DNA from: a virus
IMG/VR virus record: IMGVR_UViG_3300033145_001255
Location: 5,216 to 69,215 of that record
DNA: 64,000 bases
Strand: one strand, 5' to 3'
A program made the position numbers and the translations under genes. Each line of letters begins with the position of its first letter. Position 1 is the stretch's first letter. Below are positions 61,802-64,000 of the stretch, one piece after another. Below the pieces are notes generated by a model. That model was not told the origin of the DNA, did not search any database, and saw nothing but the letters and a program-made list of their open reading frames with translations.

Positions 61802-62463
61802 TCCTACCTGGCGCCCAACTGACTCGGTGGAGTTGGTTCAGGGCGCAATCATCCTTAAAAAAACTAACAGGAGTTGATCTTATGGCAGACAGGACAAAGG
61901 ACTTTTCAATCGAGCAGGACATCAGGAAGAAAGAGTATATCAAGAAACACGGGCATGCAATACTCGAAGATATTGTAGGCGACGTGATAGTAAAGGATCC
62001 ATCCAAGATGAAGGTCGAGTTCAAGGACGGAACCAAAAAAACTATCCAGGAACTGTGCGCGCTAAACGAGCAAGTCACCAAGCTGCGCAAGTCAGGCATC
62101 AAGGACATGCTATTGGGATTGTTGGGTGTCAAGCAATAACTTATGTAAAGGTATTTAGAATGGAAATAGAAAAAGATATTGACCCTGAACTATGGATGAA
62201 CAAACCTCATTCGGCCACATTACTTAGAGAGAAAATCGCATATAAAATCGCCGATATGAAAGAGTTATACATAAAAAGCAGATTACGATATCCATTCTAC
62301 ATAATGCCATTCGCAAGGATTGCCGCTAAGTTTATTTTCGTTGTTGAAAAAAGACCAACACATTTTATTGGAGTTGGTATTGAAAAGAAAATTAGTATCG
62401 ACATTAATGTTATCGGCAATCCGCGCTACCCAAAATGGGTAAGTAAAATATTCATACGAGAGG

Positions 62464-62796
62464 ATGATTAAGATGACAGGACCTACAGCTGCGCGCACAT
62501 GGAAGTCTTACGAGTACCGGATAGCCAAGCTATTCGGCGGGACTCGCAACCCGCTGAGTGGCATGAACTCGAAACACACAGCAGCCGACATGATTCACCC
62601 GTCCATTTTCCTTGAATGTAAAATGAGGGCGCGTATCCCGTTCATGAAGACGTTTACAGACACGAAGAAATCTGCCAAGAAAGAGGGCAAGATGCCTATC
62701 GTCGTGTTCAAGGAGAAGTACCTTAAGACGAGTATCATAATGATGGACCTCGACGACTTCATGAAGCTCGTAGACGAGGATAAGATTAAACCGTAG
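62464..62796 (+). CDS. Holliday junction resolvase-like PD-(D/E)XK nuclease
   Basis: E..IA...G..R.PLSG..AD...FLECK...PIVV...MDLDDF. Confidence 0.7.
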   Translation: MIKMTGPTAARTWKSYEYRIAKLFGGTRNPLSGMNSKHTAADMIHPSIFLECKMRARIPFMKTFTDTKKSAKKEGKMPIVVFKEKYLKTSIIMMDLDDFMKLVDEDKIKP

Positions 62797-63496
62797 ATGA
62801 CTAACATGGCACGAAATGACAAGACTCTCGGCAAGTGGATAGCAACTACCACTGTAAATTCAACGACCATTAAAAGATATTCAAACGGATTCGCGATACA
62901 CAAGCGCGGTGAGTCCATTACAGAAAAGATTAAGTTCAAAGAGAAGACAACAACGCAAGACATGACAGATATAATTTCAGAAATATTGAAGAAGTGATAT
63001 TATGATAGATGACAAACCAATAAAGAAAATGACCTTCAAGCGCAATCTAACTAGAAAGGATTTTGATTTTATGAGAGATACGCTAGGTCTTAATATTATT
63101 GAAGAAGGAATAAGGCACGTAATGGTTCAGTTCGAGAATCAACTAGATTATCTTGCATTTGCAACTGCTAAAGATATTCACCAACATAAGGCAACCGTGA
63201 TTTCATCATGAAAAAGAAACACAAAAGTAATATAGTAAAAGAAATATCCATATTTTCGGTAGCTTGCCTAATCGCAATAATATGCATTGTTCTTACTGTG
63301 GGCTTCCCTTACATTAGCGAAAGGTATTACAATATATTTATTTATACGGCTTTAGTTTTGATGATACTTTTTACATTAGGTTATGATGAAATTTCTTCAA
63401 GACTCTGTTCAGAAGAAGGACCGTATGGAGATTTAAGCATTATGGTTGGACATGGAAATATGGTACTTGGAGAAATCAAAACAAAGAGGAAATCAA

Positions 63497-64000
63497 ATGA
63501 AGAAAAAACCAAAGAAACAGTCAACTGAAAAGGCAGTCGAGAAGGGCACGGGCAACCTTGCGCGTACTATCAAGAAGACGCGCCCTACCGCGAAGGGCAA
63601 GAGCAAAACCGCTATGCCGAAAGTTACAAAAGTTGTCAAACAGGTCAAGGAAAAAAAACCGAGCAGGAAAGAACTCATTGCACTTAAGGTTATTGCGCGC
63701 CGCGAGAAGGTCCGGCGGATGGTACTCGAAGGCAAGAACGGAGTTGCTATTGCGCGCATACTGGAAGTCAGCAGGAAGACAATAGTTGATGACCTTAGAA
63801 TATTGCGCCAGGAAGTCATGGGCTTCGTCGAGTCGAACGAGGAGTTCCTGACGAATATGATGACACACCACGCAGAGATTACGATACAACTAAATACAAT
63901 ACTTAACGAGGAATGCATTGTCATCAAGGGCGGCGAGGAACAACCAAGCGCGTTTCTGAAAGTCGAGTGCATAAAGGCAATGACGTCTGAGAACAAGGAG
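63497..64000 (+). CDS. Terminase small subunit-like HTH protein (runs off window)
   Basis: GAGGA RBS, ATG 63497, open to the window end. RREKVRRM..EG....IARILEVSRKTIVDDL HTH. Follows the resolvase region. Confidence 0.55.
   Translation, partial: MKKKPKKQSTEKAVEKGTGNLARTIKKTRPTAKGKSKTAMPKVTKVVKQVKEKKPSRKELIALKVIARREKVRRMVLEGKNGVAIARILEVSRKTIVDDLRILRQEVMGFVESNEEFLTNMMTHHAEITIQLNTILNEECIVIKGGEEQPSAFLKVECIKAMTSENKE

Noticed and set aside
63493-63996. 167-aa minus-strand ORF
   Set aside because: Shadow of the + strand HTH/TerS-like frame starting at 63497.

Overview
This window looks like most of the genome of an archaeal head-tail virus (Caudoviricetes-type, probably siphovirus-like and temperate). 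Archaeal evidence: TATA boxes about 25-30 nt upstream of ATGs (leaderless mRNAs), GGAG-GGTGA-type Shine-Dalgarno leaders, a tRNA-Thr with a U discriminator, RHH proteins and ORB-like boxes. Structural genes fall in three blocks: head (0.7-9 kb), neck/adhesin (23.4-28.6 kb) and tail/lysis (33.7-45.6 kb). Between them lie glycan-modification genes, stacked small-gene cassettes and a tyrosine-recombinase/membrane-protein island. An early/anti-defence region (ArdC-like, JAB/RadC, SWIM) spans 46-56 kb. It is followed by a second recombinase, a candidate origin, a tRNA, a resolvase and a TerS-like gene running off the end. TerL and any polymerase, helicase or primase are not recognisable in the window. 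Most unusual signals: (1) a duplicated unit of a covarying three-way-junction RNA leader plus a 38-aa micro-ORF under purifying selection; (2) six co-oriented ~35-bp GCGCC...TTGGnnn-GGGCG sites; (3) a ~430-nt structured minus-strand ncRNA candidate; (4) a prohead protease fused to ASCH-like, ATP-ligase and LigD-PE-like domains; (5) ORB-like boxes in a genome with no visible replication genes; (6) signal-peptide-bearing, sequon-rich adhesins with swappable middles; (7) two tandem paralogous tape-measure-like genes. All protein calls come from motif recognition by eye; no database search was run.
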